Below, piece by piece: positions 37,306-45,753 of a stretch of DNA of 50,769 bases (its first letter is position 1; each line of letters opens with the position of its first letter). This stretch comes from a virus. Taxonomy: Duplodnaviria; Caudoviricetes. The stretch lies in IMG/VR virus record IMGVR_UViG_3300011425_000005, positions 1 to 50,769 of that record; one strand, given 5' to 3'. The notes under the pieces are model-generated. The model did no database searches. It was not told the DNA's origin and was given only the letters and a program-made list of their open reading frames with translations. The translations under genes and the position numbers were made by a program.

Positions 37306-37525
37306 CAAAAATAAAGATTTCTTGAAGTGGATGTTTACGCCAAGTGCTGTACATTCTACTTTAATGGAGCATGATGAGGATTATAGAAATGATTTCAGAA
37401 AAAGGATGTTGGATATATATATGAAGCAAATGACGCAATCTGAAAAAGATTTTATTAATGCTGAAATTGATGCTCATAGGGAATATGTTAAAATCCATGA
37501 GGAGAATGAAGATGCCTCTAAATAA
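37298..37525 (+). CDS. Hypothetical protein
   Basis: GGAGG SD, coupled. Confidence 0.6.
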   Translation: MDNKNKDFLKWMFTPSAVHSTLMEHDEDYRNDFRKRMLDIYMKQMTQSEKDFINAEIDAHREYVKIHEENEDASK

Positions 37526-37673
37526 TATGCAAGAAGCAGTAGAACATGTTTGTAGTGAACTAAGGCACCAGTTAGAATATCAAGGTGTTGAGGAAGAGCA
37601 AATAAAGAAAGTGATTGAAGACGTGGTTGAGTCAATAAACTACAATGTGAAATGGGGATTAAAATGTCAATAA
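37512..37673 (+). CDS. Hypothetical protein
   Basis: Likely start MPLNN with GGAG SD. Confidence 0.5.
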   Translation: MPLNNMQEAVEHVCSELRHQLEYQGVEEEQIKKVIEDVVESINYNVKWGLKCQ

Positions 37674-37861
37674 GAAAAGATCTTTACGAAACTCTTCTTA
37701 AAGTTGGTGAGAATTTTAACCCTAATGATATTCCTAAATTAATAAATGATACGAATAATTTATTATGCCAATATGGGCTAATGCTTATTAACCGCGAAGA
37801 ATATATAGATATGATTGATTATTGGGAGGCCAGAAATGAAAGAACCGATGCATCCAGGTAA
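37664..37861 (+). CDS. Hypothetical protein
   Basis: Coupled ORF in the early operon. Confidence 0.5.
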   Translation: MSIRKDLYETLLKVGENFNPNDIPKLINDTNNLLCQYGLMLINREEYIDMIDYWEARNERTDASR

Positions 37862-38471
37862 GGTATTGAAGATTATTATGATTGAGCATGGATTATATAC
37901 ATATAACGATATGGGGGGGGAAGAGGTTTCAGTTACTTCTGTCCAGAATGAATTTAACTTTAATAGTTATATAAATACAAAAGATTTATTAAATGGCGAT
38001 GAAGATATAGGTTATACGGTAGCTTATAAGCTTGGAAGTCGTATAAAGGGAACCGACATGGCATTCTGGCTTAAGCTTCAGAAGGATTATGATGAGCATA
38101 AGGAGAATGAGACTGAAGATAGATATGACGTGGTAACTGATTTGATTCAGTTGAGAGAGGCGGAACTCTATCTTGTAAAATTAAATAAGGACATGGAGCA
38201 ATATCGTGAGTCATGCGTTAAAGAAAGCATTGATAATGATATGTCGGAATCTATTAGGAGTTTAGATGAAGAGATTGCTGGTGTAAATAAAATATATAGT
38301 AAAGATAGGCTTGATAAGGCTAAAAGGGTTGATGAATATTGTGCGATACGAAGAGGTATCTTAGAGGATATTCTAGAAAATATATTGGAATTAGATAACG
38401 ATGATCACATGAGAATAAAGTCAGATATAAAGAAAATATATGATGTTCATGGGTGGGAATGGGATGTCTAA
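37836..38471 (+). CDS. HigA-antitoxin-like HTH domain fused to a coiled-coil domain
   Basis: PMHPGKVL...LLNG..DI...VAYKLG...GTDMAFWLKLQKDYD matches the HigA/VapI pattern. Confidence 0.7.
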   Translation: MKEPMHPGKVLKIIMIEHGLYTYNDMGGEEVSVTSVQNEFNFNSYINTKDLLNGDEDIGYTVAYKLGSRIKGTDMAFWLKLQKDYDEHKENETEDRYDVVTDLIQLREAELYLVKLNKDMEQYRESCVKESIDNDMSESIRSLDEEIAGVNKIYSKDRLDKAKRVDEYCAIRRGILEDILENILELDNDDHMRIKSDIKKIYDVHGWEWDV

Positions 38472-38577
38472 AGGATTATGAAAGTTATTAAGGAGATTAA
38501 TTAATGTTAAAGCAGGTTAGCAATCATAAGATTGAAGCGGTTGATGATATCTGCCTTAATTTTTGGTGGACGAAATA

Positions 38578-39015
38578 ATGGGTAATTACACTGAAATACT
38601 TATAAAGGCAAAGATTAAATCTTGCATTCCGGACAACGTTAGAAATATACTAATGCACTTATTTGATTCTAAGATAGAATTTGAAGATGAATATATCAAA
38701 TCTATATTGCCTGAGCATGAGTTTTTTAAATGTCCTAGATGGCATCTTGTTGGAACATGCTGTAGCTCTTATCATATCCCATGGATTGATAGTAATTATG
38801 AAGATGGATATATTTTTAGCAGAAGTGACCTAAAGGATTATGATGACGAAATAGATAAGTTTTTTGATTGGATTAGTGATTATATTGATGGAATTCCTGG
38901 GCAATGCATTGGGTATAAATGGCATGAATATGATGATGCTCCAACGTTAGCATATCTTAAGGGGATTAGGGTTGAGAAAGATATCTTATTGTTGGTCACA
39001 GAAGAAGGAGTTTAA
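38578..39015 (+). CDS. Conserved phage hypothetical protein
   Basis: MGNYTE...LPEHEFFKCPRW...LKDYDDEIDKFFDWI..YI motif. Confidence 0.65.
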   Translation: MGNYTEILIKAKIKSCIPDNVRNILMHLFDSKIEFEDEYIKSILPEHEFFKCPRWHLVGTCCSSYHIPWIDSNYEDGYIFSRSDLKDYDDEIDKFFDWISDYIDGIPGQCIGYKWHEYDDAPTLAYLKGIRVEKDILLLVTEEGV

Positions 39016-39021
39016 AACATT

Positions 39022-39429
39022 ATGAAAGACCATGAAATCAGAGAAGCGATAAATGAATTGCGCGATGTTGCAATTAAGTATCGTGATGCTGAACAATTGA
39101 GAATCAGGATTGCTGGGGTAGTTCATTCCATTGTTGAAAAATGCAAGCCAAAAACCAGCAAAGATGATTTATTGCTCAATATTAAAGAAATAGCAAATGC
39201 AGAATATGAATATCCAGAATATGCCTCCGACGGATTATGGGAAGTACAGAAGCTAATTGAGGAATTTGAGGAGTTAGAAATAATAAATAAATCCATATCT
39301 GATATTCCGGACTGTAATTGTTTTTGCGAGAATTCTATGGAGAAACTCCTTCTTAAAGTTGAGCTTCTTAAGAAAGTCAAAGAGAATAAGTATCTTGCAG
39401 ACGAAAATACTTGGTGGCCAATGCCATAG
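39022..39429 (+). CDS. Hypothetical protein
   Basis: MKDHEIREAINELRD.A..Y....QLR.RI motif seen in phage proteins. Confidence 0.6.
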   Translation: MKDHEIREAINELRDVAIKYRDAEQLRIRIAGVVHSIVEKCKPKTSKDDLLLNIKEIANAEYEYPEYASDGLWEVQKLIEEFEELEIINKSISDIPDCNCFCENSMEKLLLKVELLKKVKENKYLADENTWWPMP

Positions 39430-39439
39430 GAGATAAGTA

Positions 39440-40540
39440 ATGGAAGAATTTAAACGAAAGCTAGCATTAATAAGAAAGATAGCTGAGGTATTACCTATTG
39501 ATGGCGCTGATAACATAGAGCTTGTCAAGATTGATGGATGGCAGTGTATTACGAAGAAGGGTGATTTTAAACCTGGAGACCTATGCGTATACTTCGAGAT
39601 AGATTCATTCCTTCCAATACACCCTGAGTTCGAATTCTTGAGAAAGTCATCATATAAGAAGATGGGCGATAAGCAGGGGTTTAGGCTTAAGACTATAAAG
39701 CTTAGAGGGAATTTATCACAAGGTTTGGTGCTTCCGGTTACAATATTTACTCCCTGCCAAGCAAGATTTAATTTCCTTGAAACAATACTGGATGGACTTG
39801 AAGAAGGTAAAGACGTAACAGATATTATTGGAGTTCTAAAATATGATCCTCCAATACCTGCTCAGCTTGTAGGAGTATGCAAAGGAAACTTCCCATCATT
39901 TATACGTAAGACAGACCAAGAGCGCGTTCAGAACATCTGGAATAAGATTAAGGACTCTAAAGAATCATTTGAGGTTACTGTAAAGCTCGATGGCACTAGC
40001 TGCACTTACTATCTTAATGATTGCGTATTCGGCGTGTGTTCTCGCAACCTTGATCTTATAGAGACTGAAGGTAATACTTTGTGGAAATTGGCTAGGGAGC
40101 TTAAGATTGAAGAGCGTTTACGAGAATATGGAAAGAATATAGCCCTTCAGGGGGAAGTTATTGGAGAGGGTGTTCAAGGAAACCCTGAGGGAATTAAGGG
40201 CCAGAAGTTCTTTATATTTGATATATGGGATATTGACGCTCAAGAATATTTTGTCCCGGGAAAGAGGTTTAATATGTTATCTACGTATCCTTTTTATAAA
40301 TTTTATATGAGGCCTCTGGAAAATGGAAATAGATTTATAGATAGACTAGACATCATTCCAATTCTTTACGAACATATTACTTTGGAAAATTTTAATTGTC
40401 TTGAGGATTTACTTGTTTTCGCTAACGGGAATTCATTAAGGTCAGAAACAAGAGAGGGTGTTGTATTTAAGTCAAACGACTCTGACTTAACGTTCAAGGT
40501 TATTTCAAATGAGTACTTACTTAAGAATAAGGAGAGTTAA
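39440..40540 (+). CDS. ATP-dependent RNA ligase, DRB0094 (Rnl5) family
   Basis: N-domain RKLA...PIDGADNIE...GWQC..KKGDF..GDLCVYFEIDS; motif I KLDGTS, QGEVIG, FFIFDI, EGVVFK, FKVISNEYL. Confidence 0.92.
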   Translation: MEEFKRKLALIRKIAEVLPIDGADNIELVKIDGWQCITKKGDFKPGDLCVYFEIDSFLPIHPEFEFLRKSSYKKMGDKQGFRLKTIKLRGNLSQGLVLPVTIFTPCQARFNFLETILDGLEEGKDVTDIIGVLKYDPPIPAQLVGVCKGNFPSFIRKTDQERVQNIWNKIKDSKESFEVTVKLDGTSCTYYLNDCVFGVCSRNLDLIETEGNTLWKLARELKIEERLREYGKNIALQGEVIGEGVQGNPEGIKGQKFFIFDIWDIDAQEYFVPGKRFNMLSTYPFYKFYMRPLENGNRFIDRLDIIPILYEHITLENFNCLEDLLVFANGNSLRSETREGVVFKSNDSDLTFKVISNEYLLKNKES

Positions 40541-40543
40541 TAA

Positions 40544-40696
40544 ATGGATACTGAAGAGAAGGTAGCAATATGCCCATATTGTGGAGGATTAGGCACTGGT
40601 GATGATGAACCATGTTATGATTGCGATGGTTGGAATTGTACGTGCATGGAGAATCCTGATGAACGATGCTATGTTTGTATAGGTCATGGAGATTAA
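40544..40696 (+). CDS. Small Cys-rich Zn-finger protein (DnaJ-like CxxCxG repeats)
   Basis: CPYCGGLG, CYDCDG, CYVCIGHG. Confidence 0.55.
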   Translation: MDTEEKVAICPYCGGLGTGDDEPCYDCDGWNCTCMENPDERCYVCIGHGD

Positions 40697-40973
40697 GCTA
40701 ATGTCATTTGATTTATCAGAAGAATCTCTAGATTCAATGCTTGATATGCTTAAAAGAAGGTCAGATAGTGATGGAAAGATACTTATAAACTGTTCAAGAA
40801 CATATATTATTGGAGATGGTGAGATTGATATTATTAAACGTCTTGCAAAAGATGAAAATTTATTGGACTATTTAGATAAAATGTTAGGCTCTGAAAGTAC
40901 AATAATTGTTAGTCCTAAAACTTCATTAATGTTAGGAAAGCTTAAGAAAGATAGGGAGAGAGAGTTAATATGA
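40686..40973 (+). CDS. Hypothetical protein
   Basis: 95-aa coupled ORF. Confidence 0.55.
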   Translation: MEIKLMSFDLSEESLDSMLDMLKRRSDSDGKILINCSRTYIIGDGEIDIIKRLAKDENLLDYLDKMLGSESTIIVSPKTSLMLGKLKKDRERELI

Positions 40974-41143
40974 ATATAGTTAATTGCTACAAGAATTACC
41001 ATTCGGCTTCGATTGGTGCATGGATTGCATTAGGAATGGCCTGGCATTTAGATAATGGATTCTGGACTATATTAGGAGAATCATTATTAGGATGGGTTTA
41101 CGTCGGATATAAGGTTGCTGAACATATTTGGCCAATGGTTTAA
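40970..41143 (+). CDS. Small membrane protein (57 aa)
   Basis: Two hydrophobic segments, ATGA coupling. Confidence 0.55.
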   Translation: MNIVNCYKNYHSASIGAWIALGMAWHLDNGFWTILGESLLGWVYVGYKVAEHIWPMV

Positions 41144-41146
41144 ATA

Positions 41147-41494
41147 GTGAAAGAGCCTATAATACATAGTCATATTGAGCCTAATCTAGAATACGGATCG
41201 TGGGAAGATGGTCCGCTTGAATCCTATAGAAAATATTGTAAAACATGTAAGCAACATGGGTGGATGGAAAAGCATGATAATTTTTCTCATGATTCTATTT
41301 ACTGCGACTCCTGTAATGAAATGGTTCATCTTGGAGCTTTGCGCAATAAGAATCAAATGACATGGGTAGAAACAGGAAATGGAAATTTCTGCATGCAATG
41401 CTTTTGTGATAAAACAAATTATGGAGAATCTCTACGTAATGATGATGAATTGGAATTATGGGCGTTGAAATGTGATATACTACCGTCCTCATAG
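41147..41494 (+). CDS. Cys-rich hypothetical protein
   Basis: CKTC, CDSC, CMQC. Confidence 0.55.
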   Translation: MKEPIIHSHIEPNLEYGSWEDGPLESYRKYCKTCKQHGWMEKHDNFSHDSIYCDSCNEMVHLGALRNKNQMTWVETGNGNFCMQCFCDKTNYGESLRNDDELELWALKCDILPSS

Positions 41495-41519
41495 TCCATT
41501 TTATCTCGGTCAAAATAGA

Positions 41520-41816
41520 CTATGAGTTTTTATAATCTATTTTCTTAATGCCAATTAGTTCGAACCTATTACCATCCTTATATTCTTTGTTATAACAAGG
41601 AAAATCTATATCGTCTTCTGGGTAAAAATAATCATACCTGTTGCAATCACATGAAAAGTTACCTTCTGTCCACATATAATCTACTCCAGCAGGGATAAGT
41701 TCTCCATCTTCATAAGAAATAGGTTCATAACCATCATCTTCAGATAATGAATCATAGGCTATCTCTTTTGTTTCGTTGGTTTTTCTGTCTTTTAGGATAA
41801 TTGTGAACTTATTCAT
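41520..41816 (-). CDS. Conserved phage hypothetical protein
   Basis: YMWTEGNFSCDCNR motif. Confidence 0.65.
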   Translation of the reverse strand: MNKFTIILKDRKTNETKEIAYDSLSEDDGYEPISYEDGELIPAGVDYMWTEGNFSCDCNRYDYFYPEDDIDFPCYNKEYKDGNRFELIGIKKIDYKNS

Positions 41817-41819
41817 ATT

Positions 41820-42125
41820 TTACCAATCCTCTTTGTCAAATCCTGGTTCATTCTCAAAATATTTAACTGCTTCTTCACATAGAGCCATCCCCATTAGTTG
41901 GTTACTATGGGGAAACCAATCGCCACCCCATTTCTCGTAGCATTCCGCAGCTATCGCTCTCCAAGTATAACCATCGACTCTTAATGACTTAACATACTCG
42001 GCCTTTTCTTTTGTCATGAAGGATTTAACATCTTTCTCAAATCCGGTAAAAGTTTCTTCAGCCTTTTCGCAAAGATCTTTTAAGCCGTCTTCATTTAGAA
42101 CAATTAGTCCTGAATTATCTTCCAT
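41820..42125 (-). CDS. Hypothetical HTH-like protein
   Basis: Start MEDNSG (42125) with GAGG SD just after tRNA-Ser; LRVDGYTWRAIA. Confidence 0.6.
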   Translation of the reverse strand: MEDNSGLIVLNEDGLKDLCEKAEETFTGFEKDVKSFMTKEKAEYVKSLRVDGYTWRAIAAECYEKWGGDWFPHSNQLMGMALCEEAVKYFENEPGFDKEDW

Positions 42126-42144
42126 AATTTCCTCGTTAATATAT

Positions 42145-42234
42145 TGGAGGAGAGAGTGGGATTCGAACCCACGGTACCGGTAAAGGTACAACGGTTTTCA
42201 AGACCATCGCCATAAACCTCTCGACCACCTCTCC
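42145..42234 (-). tRNA. tRNA-Ser (TGA)
   Basis: GGAGAGG acceptor, CT-TGA-AA loop, long variable arm, GTGGG-TTCGAAT-CCCAC, encoded CCA. Confidence 0.93.
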
Positions 42235-42251
42235 TTGGATATGAAAGTATA

Positions 42252-43070
42252 CTAGAATGGTACAAAAAATCCTATACGATATGTAATGCTATCCTTGAAC
42301 TTAGCATGCTCATTTACTTTATTAGCTGTTTCTCTATCTTTGCCTTGTATTTTTATCTTGTGGGTATTTTCCCATCCAGCTAATGCTCTAATTCCGAAAT
42401 TACGATCAGTAAGATATTGAACGCCAGTATTTAATCTTATTGTAACTACACGATTTTTATATTGGCTTTTAGTATGTGCAAATCTTTGAACTGGCACATT
42501 ATATTCGTCATGCAATACAATATTTGCTTCTCCAATTTCAAACAGGTCACACTTCGTTTGGCTTCTTAGATGCCCTAAGCCCGCTGATCCAATAAGATTT
42601 AGATTCTTTTTCTCATTGATTGGTAAAAACCCCATAATATTTATATTAAATCCTGAAACCTTTGATCTTGCGTTAATAAAGTTAGTTATACTATTGAAAC
42701 CATGCAAGCTGTCAATTAATTTATTGCCAAATAAAAATAATCCTTTATTGCCATATTTGGAATTAATTTTTGAATCGGATAGCTCATATCCTGCCTCAAC
42801 GCCAAAATATTGATTCATTTTATATCCTAAAAAAACATTTAATGATGTATAAAATGGGTCTTGAAAAACATTATTTCCAAAATTTCTTTTGAATTCCATT
42901 CGTCTAATCTTGGTATCTGCTCCTGCATATGCATCTAGATTATAATGGACTTCAAATGCTAGGCAGGATTGTACAGCCATAGGCAATGCAACAAACATTA
43001 AAGATATTGCCGATTTTATTCGACTCGCGTTAGATATAGCTATTGACTTCTCTGTCATTTTATTCTCCAT
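42252..43070 (-). CDS. Outer-membrane beta-barrel protein (OmpA-TM-like)
   Basis: Signal peptide, YAGAD, FLGYKMNQYFGVEAGY, GVQYL..RNFGIRA...WE, terminal YRIGFFVPF with BAM-type Phe. Confidence 0.85.
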   Translation of the reverse strand: MENKMTEKSIAISNASRIKSAISLMFVALPMAVQSCLAFEVHYNLDAYAGADTKIRRMEFKRNFGNNVFQDPFYTSLNVFLGYKMNQYFGVEAGYELSDSKINSKYGNKGLFLFGNKLIDSLHGFNSITNFINARSKVSGFNINIMGFLPINEKKNLNLIGSAGLGHLRSQTKCDLFEIGEANIVLHDEYNVPVQRFAHTKSQYKNRVVTIRLNTGVQYLTDRNFGIRALAGWENTHKIKIQGKDRETANKVNEHAKFKDSITYRIGFFVPF

Positions 43071-43173
43071 TTAATATTTAAGTTAGAAACAATTGAAGTG
43101 TAATTCATTTTTAAACGTTTGGATATAGGTATGTTAGTTGATAAATTATAATATTTTTAATATACTATCTATA

Positions 43174-43245
43174 ATAGTGTGCCATAGGTTTTTATGTTAC
43201 TTTTGATATCTAGCCAAACAGTACAATAGTTCTATGGCACATTAT
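43174..43245. repeat. Inverted repeat with ~44-nt spacer
   Basis: ATAGTGTGCCATAG (43174-87) / CTATGGCACATTAT (43232-45). Confidence 0.6.
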
Positions 43246-43249
43246 GTAT

Positions 43250-43329
43250 GACTTTATAGCTTAGGCCTGTTAAAGCGTTAGTGTTAAAAAACTAAAGAAC
43301 CCAGGTTAGAATCCCGGGTAATGCCACCA
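43250..43329 (+). pseudogene. Degenerate tRNA-like element
   Basis: TAGCTTAG..AAAGC D-arm, TTAGT/ACTAA stem with 8-nt loop GTTAAAAA, GG-TTAGAAT-CC, 3' ACCA; mismatched acceptor. Confidence 0.6.
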
Positions 43330-43368
43330 TTACTAATTAAAAATATTAGAAAACCTTTATTATAAGAT

Positions 43369-43397
43369 TTGATTAATAAAAGTCTTTTAGCTATATT
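43369..43397 (+). promoter_or_regulatory. Sigma70-like promoter upstream of the structured RNA and terL
   Basis: TTGATT-17-TATATT. Confidence 0.5.
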
Positions 43398-43407
43398 ATA
43401 AAATCGA

Positions 43408-43576
43408 GCTATATAGGCAGGATTACTTACGATAGTCCACTCTCTCGGCTTGGCCGTCTATGGGAGAAAGAGTCACTGAACGGCTTCTTACTAGGATTTT
43501 CAAACGAGCTCCTTTCTCTTTGTTGGTCCTAGAATGGTCGCATTAACCAAGAGAAATGCTCAGTTGTCTATATAGC
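43408..43576 (+). ncRNA. Unassigned ~170-nt multi-junction structured RNA upstream of terL
   Basis: 12-bp closing stem and five internal stems forming an almost linker-free four-way junction. Confidence 0.7.
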
Positions 43577-43616
43577 ATTTCTTGCTTTGATATCTACCTA
43601 CCATTAACATACGTAT

Positions 43617-45242
43617 ATGACTTATGAAGAAAAGGACTTTTTTAGTGAAATATTGTCTCGTGCTGATGCAGAGACTTCTCTTTACGCATTCACGCAGCAG
43701 GCTTGGCCAGAGATAGAGGGTGAGTTCCAATTCATACCATCTTGGTATCTCAAGGATATGTGTGAACACTTAGAGGCATTACATAGAGGAGATATAAAAG
43801 ATCTAATTATAGCCATTCCTCCTAGAACAACTAAATCTACTATATGCTCAGTTATGTTTCCATCTTGGACTTGGCTTAAAACTCCTGGAGAAAGGTTCTT
43901 ATGCTTCTCTCACTCTGAAGATCTTGCTATAGAGCAGGCAATAAGGCATAGAGATATTATCTCATCTGAGTGGTATAAGTTGAGATGGGGAGATAGATAT
44001 GACCTTAAAAATGATCAGAATCAAAAAACTAAGTTCTCAAATACTAAAGGTGGATATAGAATTTCAAAAGGGGTCAATAGTAAGGCAACAGGGCGTGGCG
44101 CAACAATCCTTATTGCAGACGATATGAATAATGCTAGAGAATCTGACCTTGAAAGAGAGAATACAAATCTTATATGGAGCACTTCATTATCATCTCGTAT
44201 GAATGATGCCAGTAGAGATAGAAGGCTTATCACAGCACAAAGAACGGGACCTAATGATTTAATAGACTTCTTGCTTAATGGTAAAGGCGCTAAAAGCTGG
44301 ACTTACATGATGCTTCCAATGGAATTTGAACAGAAAAGGCGTTGTGAAACTATTGTATTGCCTTCTACTACACCTTTGAAGTGGAAAGACCCAAGAGAGA
44401 AAGAAGGTGAAGTACTTTGCCCAATTAGATTCAATAAGGTAGCTCTTGATAGGTTAAAGGAAGGTTTTAAATCTGACTATCTAATTGCTACTCAGCTTCA
44501 ATTGAATCCTACCATACCTGATGGTGGGTTATTCAAGAAATCACACTTCCAATGGTGGAAGGCAGAGAAGCCTCCAAAGATATTAAAAATTATTGCATCA
44601 TTCGATACTGCCTTTAAGAAAGAAGGCTCAGAGGAACAAAATAAAAGCCGATCTTATTCAGTATGTACGATGTGGGGAGTCTTCAGGGATGATTTCGGTA
44701 TATCGAATATTATATTGCTAAACATGTGGCGAGACAGGGTTGAGTATCCAGAATTAAGAAGAATTGCTCAAAATATTGCAAAGAATTACCGATATAACGG
44801 AACAGATACAGATACTGTTGCTAAGAAATGCATACCTCCTGATATGATTATCATAGAATCTAAAGCTACTGGAGACCCGCTAAGGCAGGACCTTAAAAGA
44901 GCAGGGGTTAATACTGTTGGATTTGACCCCTCTCCATATGGCGGTAAAATTAGACGCGCAAGCCTAATAACACACCTTGTTGAAGCGGGAAGGGTTTGGG
45001 TTCCAGCATCTGGTCCGAACTATATTAGACTATTGCCATTTGCTAAGAAGTTCGTAGATGCATGTGCTGCATTCCCACAAGATCCTGCATCCAAAGACAT
45101 CGTGGATACATTCTCTCAAGTTCTATTAAAAGAGATTAAGAATCAAGAATTGCAACATCCAGGAGACCCTGTTGAAAAGAAAACAAGGCGTAAGAGAGAT
45201 CCTAAAGATGATAATATTTATGGTGTGGATAAATATAATTAA
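43617..45242 (+). CDS. terL: Terminase large subunit
   Basis: Walker A IAIPPRTTKS, TGRGA-ILIADD Walker B, nuclease SFDTAF, IESKATG, DIVDTFSQ. Confidence 0.95.
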   Translation: MTYEEKDFFSEILSRADAETSLYAFTQQAWPEIEGEFQFIPSWYLKDMCEHLEALHRGDIKDLIIAIPPRTTKSTICSVMFPSWTWLKTPGERFLCFSHSEDLAIEQAIRHRDIISSEWYKLRWGDRYDLKNDQNQKTKFSNTKGGYRISKGVNSKATGRGATILIADDMNNARESDLERENTNLIWSTSLSSRMNDASRDRRLITAQRTGPNDLIDFLLNGKGAKSWTYMMLPMEFEQKRRCETIVLPSTTPLKWKDPREKEGEVLCPIRFNKVALDRLKEGFKSDYLIATQLQLNPTIPDGGLFKKSHFQWWKAEKPPKILKIIASFDTAFKKEGSEEQNKSRSYSVCTMWGVFRDDFGISNIILLNMWRDRVEYPELRRIAQNIAKNYRYNGTDTDTVAKKCIPPDMIIIESKATGDPLRQDLKRAGVNTVGFDPSPYGGKIRRASLITHLVEAGRVWVPASGPNYIRLLPFAKKFVDACAAFPQDPASKDIVDTFSQVLLKEIKNQELQHPGDPVEKKTRRKRDPKDDNIYGVDKYN

Positions 45243-45257
45243 TGATATATTAAGGCG

Positions 45258-45343
45258 GTACTCAGTAGCTCAGTTGGTAGAGAGGAGTTAATGTTTTAAC
45301 ACTGCGTTATTCTGGTCGTGGGTTCGAGTCCTACCTGAGTACA
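45258..45343 (+). ncRNA. tRNA-like RNA with aberrant extended anticodon arm
   Basis: TACTCAG/CTGAGTA acceptor, TAGCTCAGTTGGTAGAG D-arm, GTGGG-TTCGAGT-CCTAC T-arm; ~28-nt anticodon region with no canonical 7-nt loop. Confidence 0.7.
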
Positions 45344-45345
45344 TT

Positions 45346-45421
<76 letters not shown>

Positions 45422-45423
45422 CT

Positions 45424-45627
45424 CTATTCTAGCGTATCCTCTAGTTTATAATTCAGCCATATGACATCCATGCAGTGGTCTGAAATGCACGGCTTTATTT
45501 TAGGTCCATCAGGCCTATAGAAACGATCAACTAATTCTTCTCTTGTGTATCTATAATGTAATTTAGAATCGCATGCTCTGCAGTTAATTGTCATGCCTTC
45601 TCGCACTGATTTTTCATTTTTATTCAT
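45424..45627 (-). CDS. Small CxxC protein
   Basis: Likely start MNKNEK with AAGGA SD; CRAC. Confidence 0.5.
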   Translation of the reverse strand: MNKNEKSVREGMTINCRACDSKLHYRYTREELVDRFYRPDGPKIKPCISDHCMDVIWLNYKLEDTLE

Positions 45628-45753
45628 ATTAATTAAATCCTTCTTTTTATTAAAAATAACAAAGAATAGAGGGTACAATAAAATCATTAATTTGTCTAAT
45701 TTAATATGCTACTATCATGTTATATTTTGCAAATTTTAATTTTGGAGAAAAAA

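Noticed and set aside
37913-37920. G8 tract as phase-variation switch
   Set aside because: In frame (MGGE) and no evidence of length variation without reads
42126-42191. N-terminal extension of ORF 41820-42191
   Set aside because: Overlaps tRNA-Ser; better start with SD at 42125
43250-43329. Ochre suppressor tRNA or genome recoding
   Set aside because: Loop is 8 nt and stems are mismatched; long genes are intact under the standard code with all three stops used
43408-43576. 6S RNA or group I intron
   Set aside because: Branched rather than rod-with-bubble; no P7 core or interrupted exon evident
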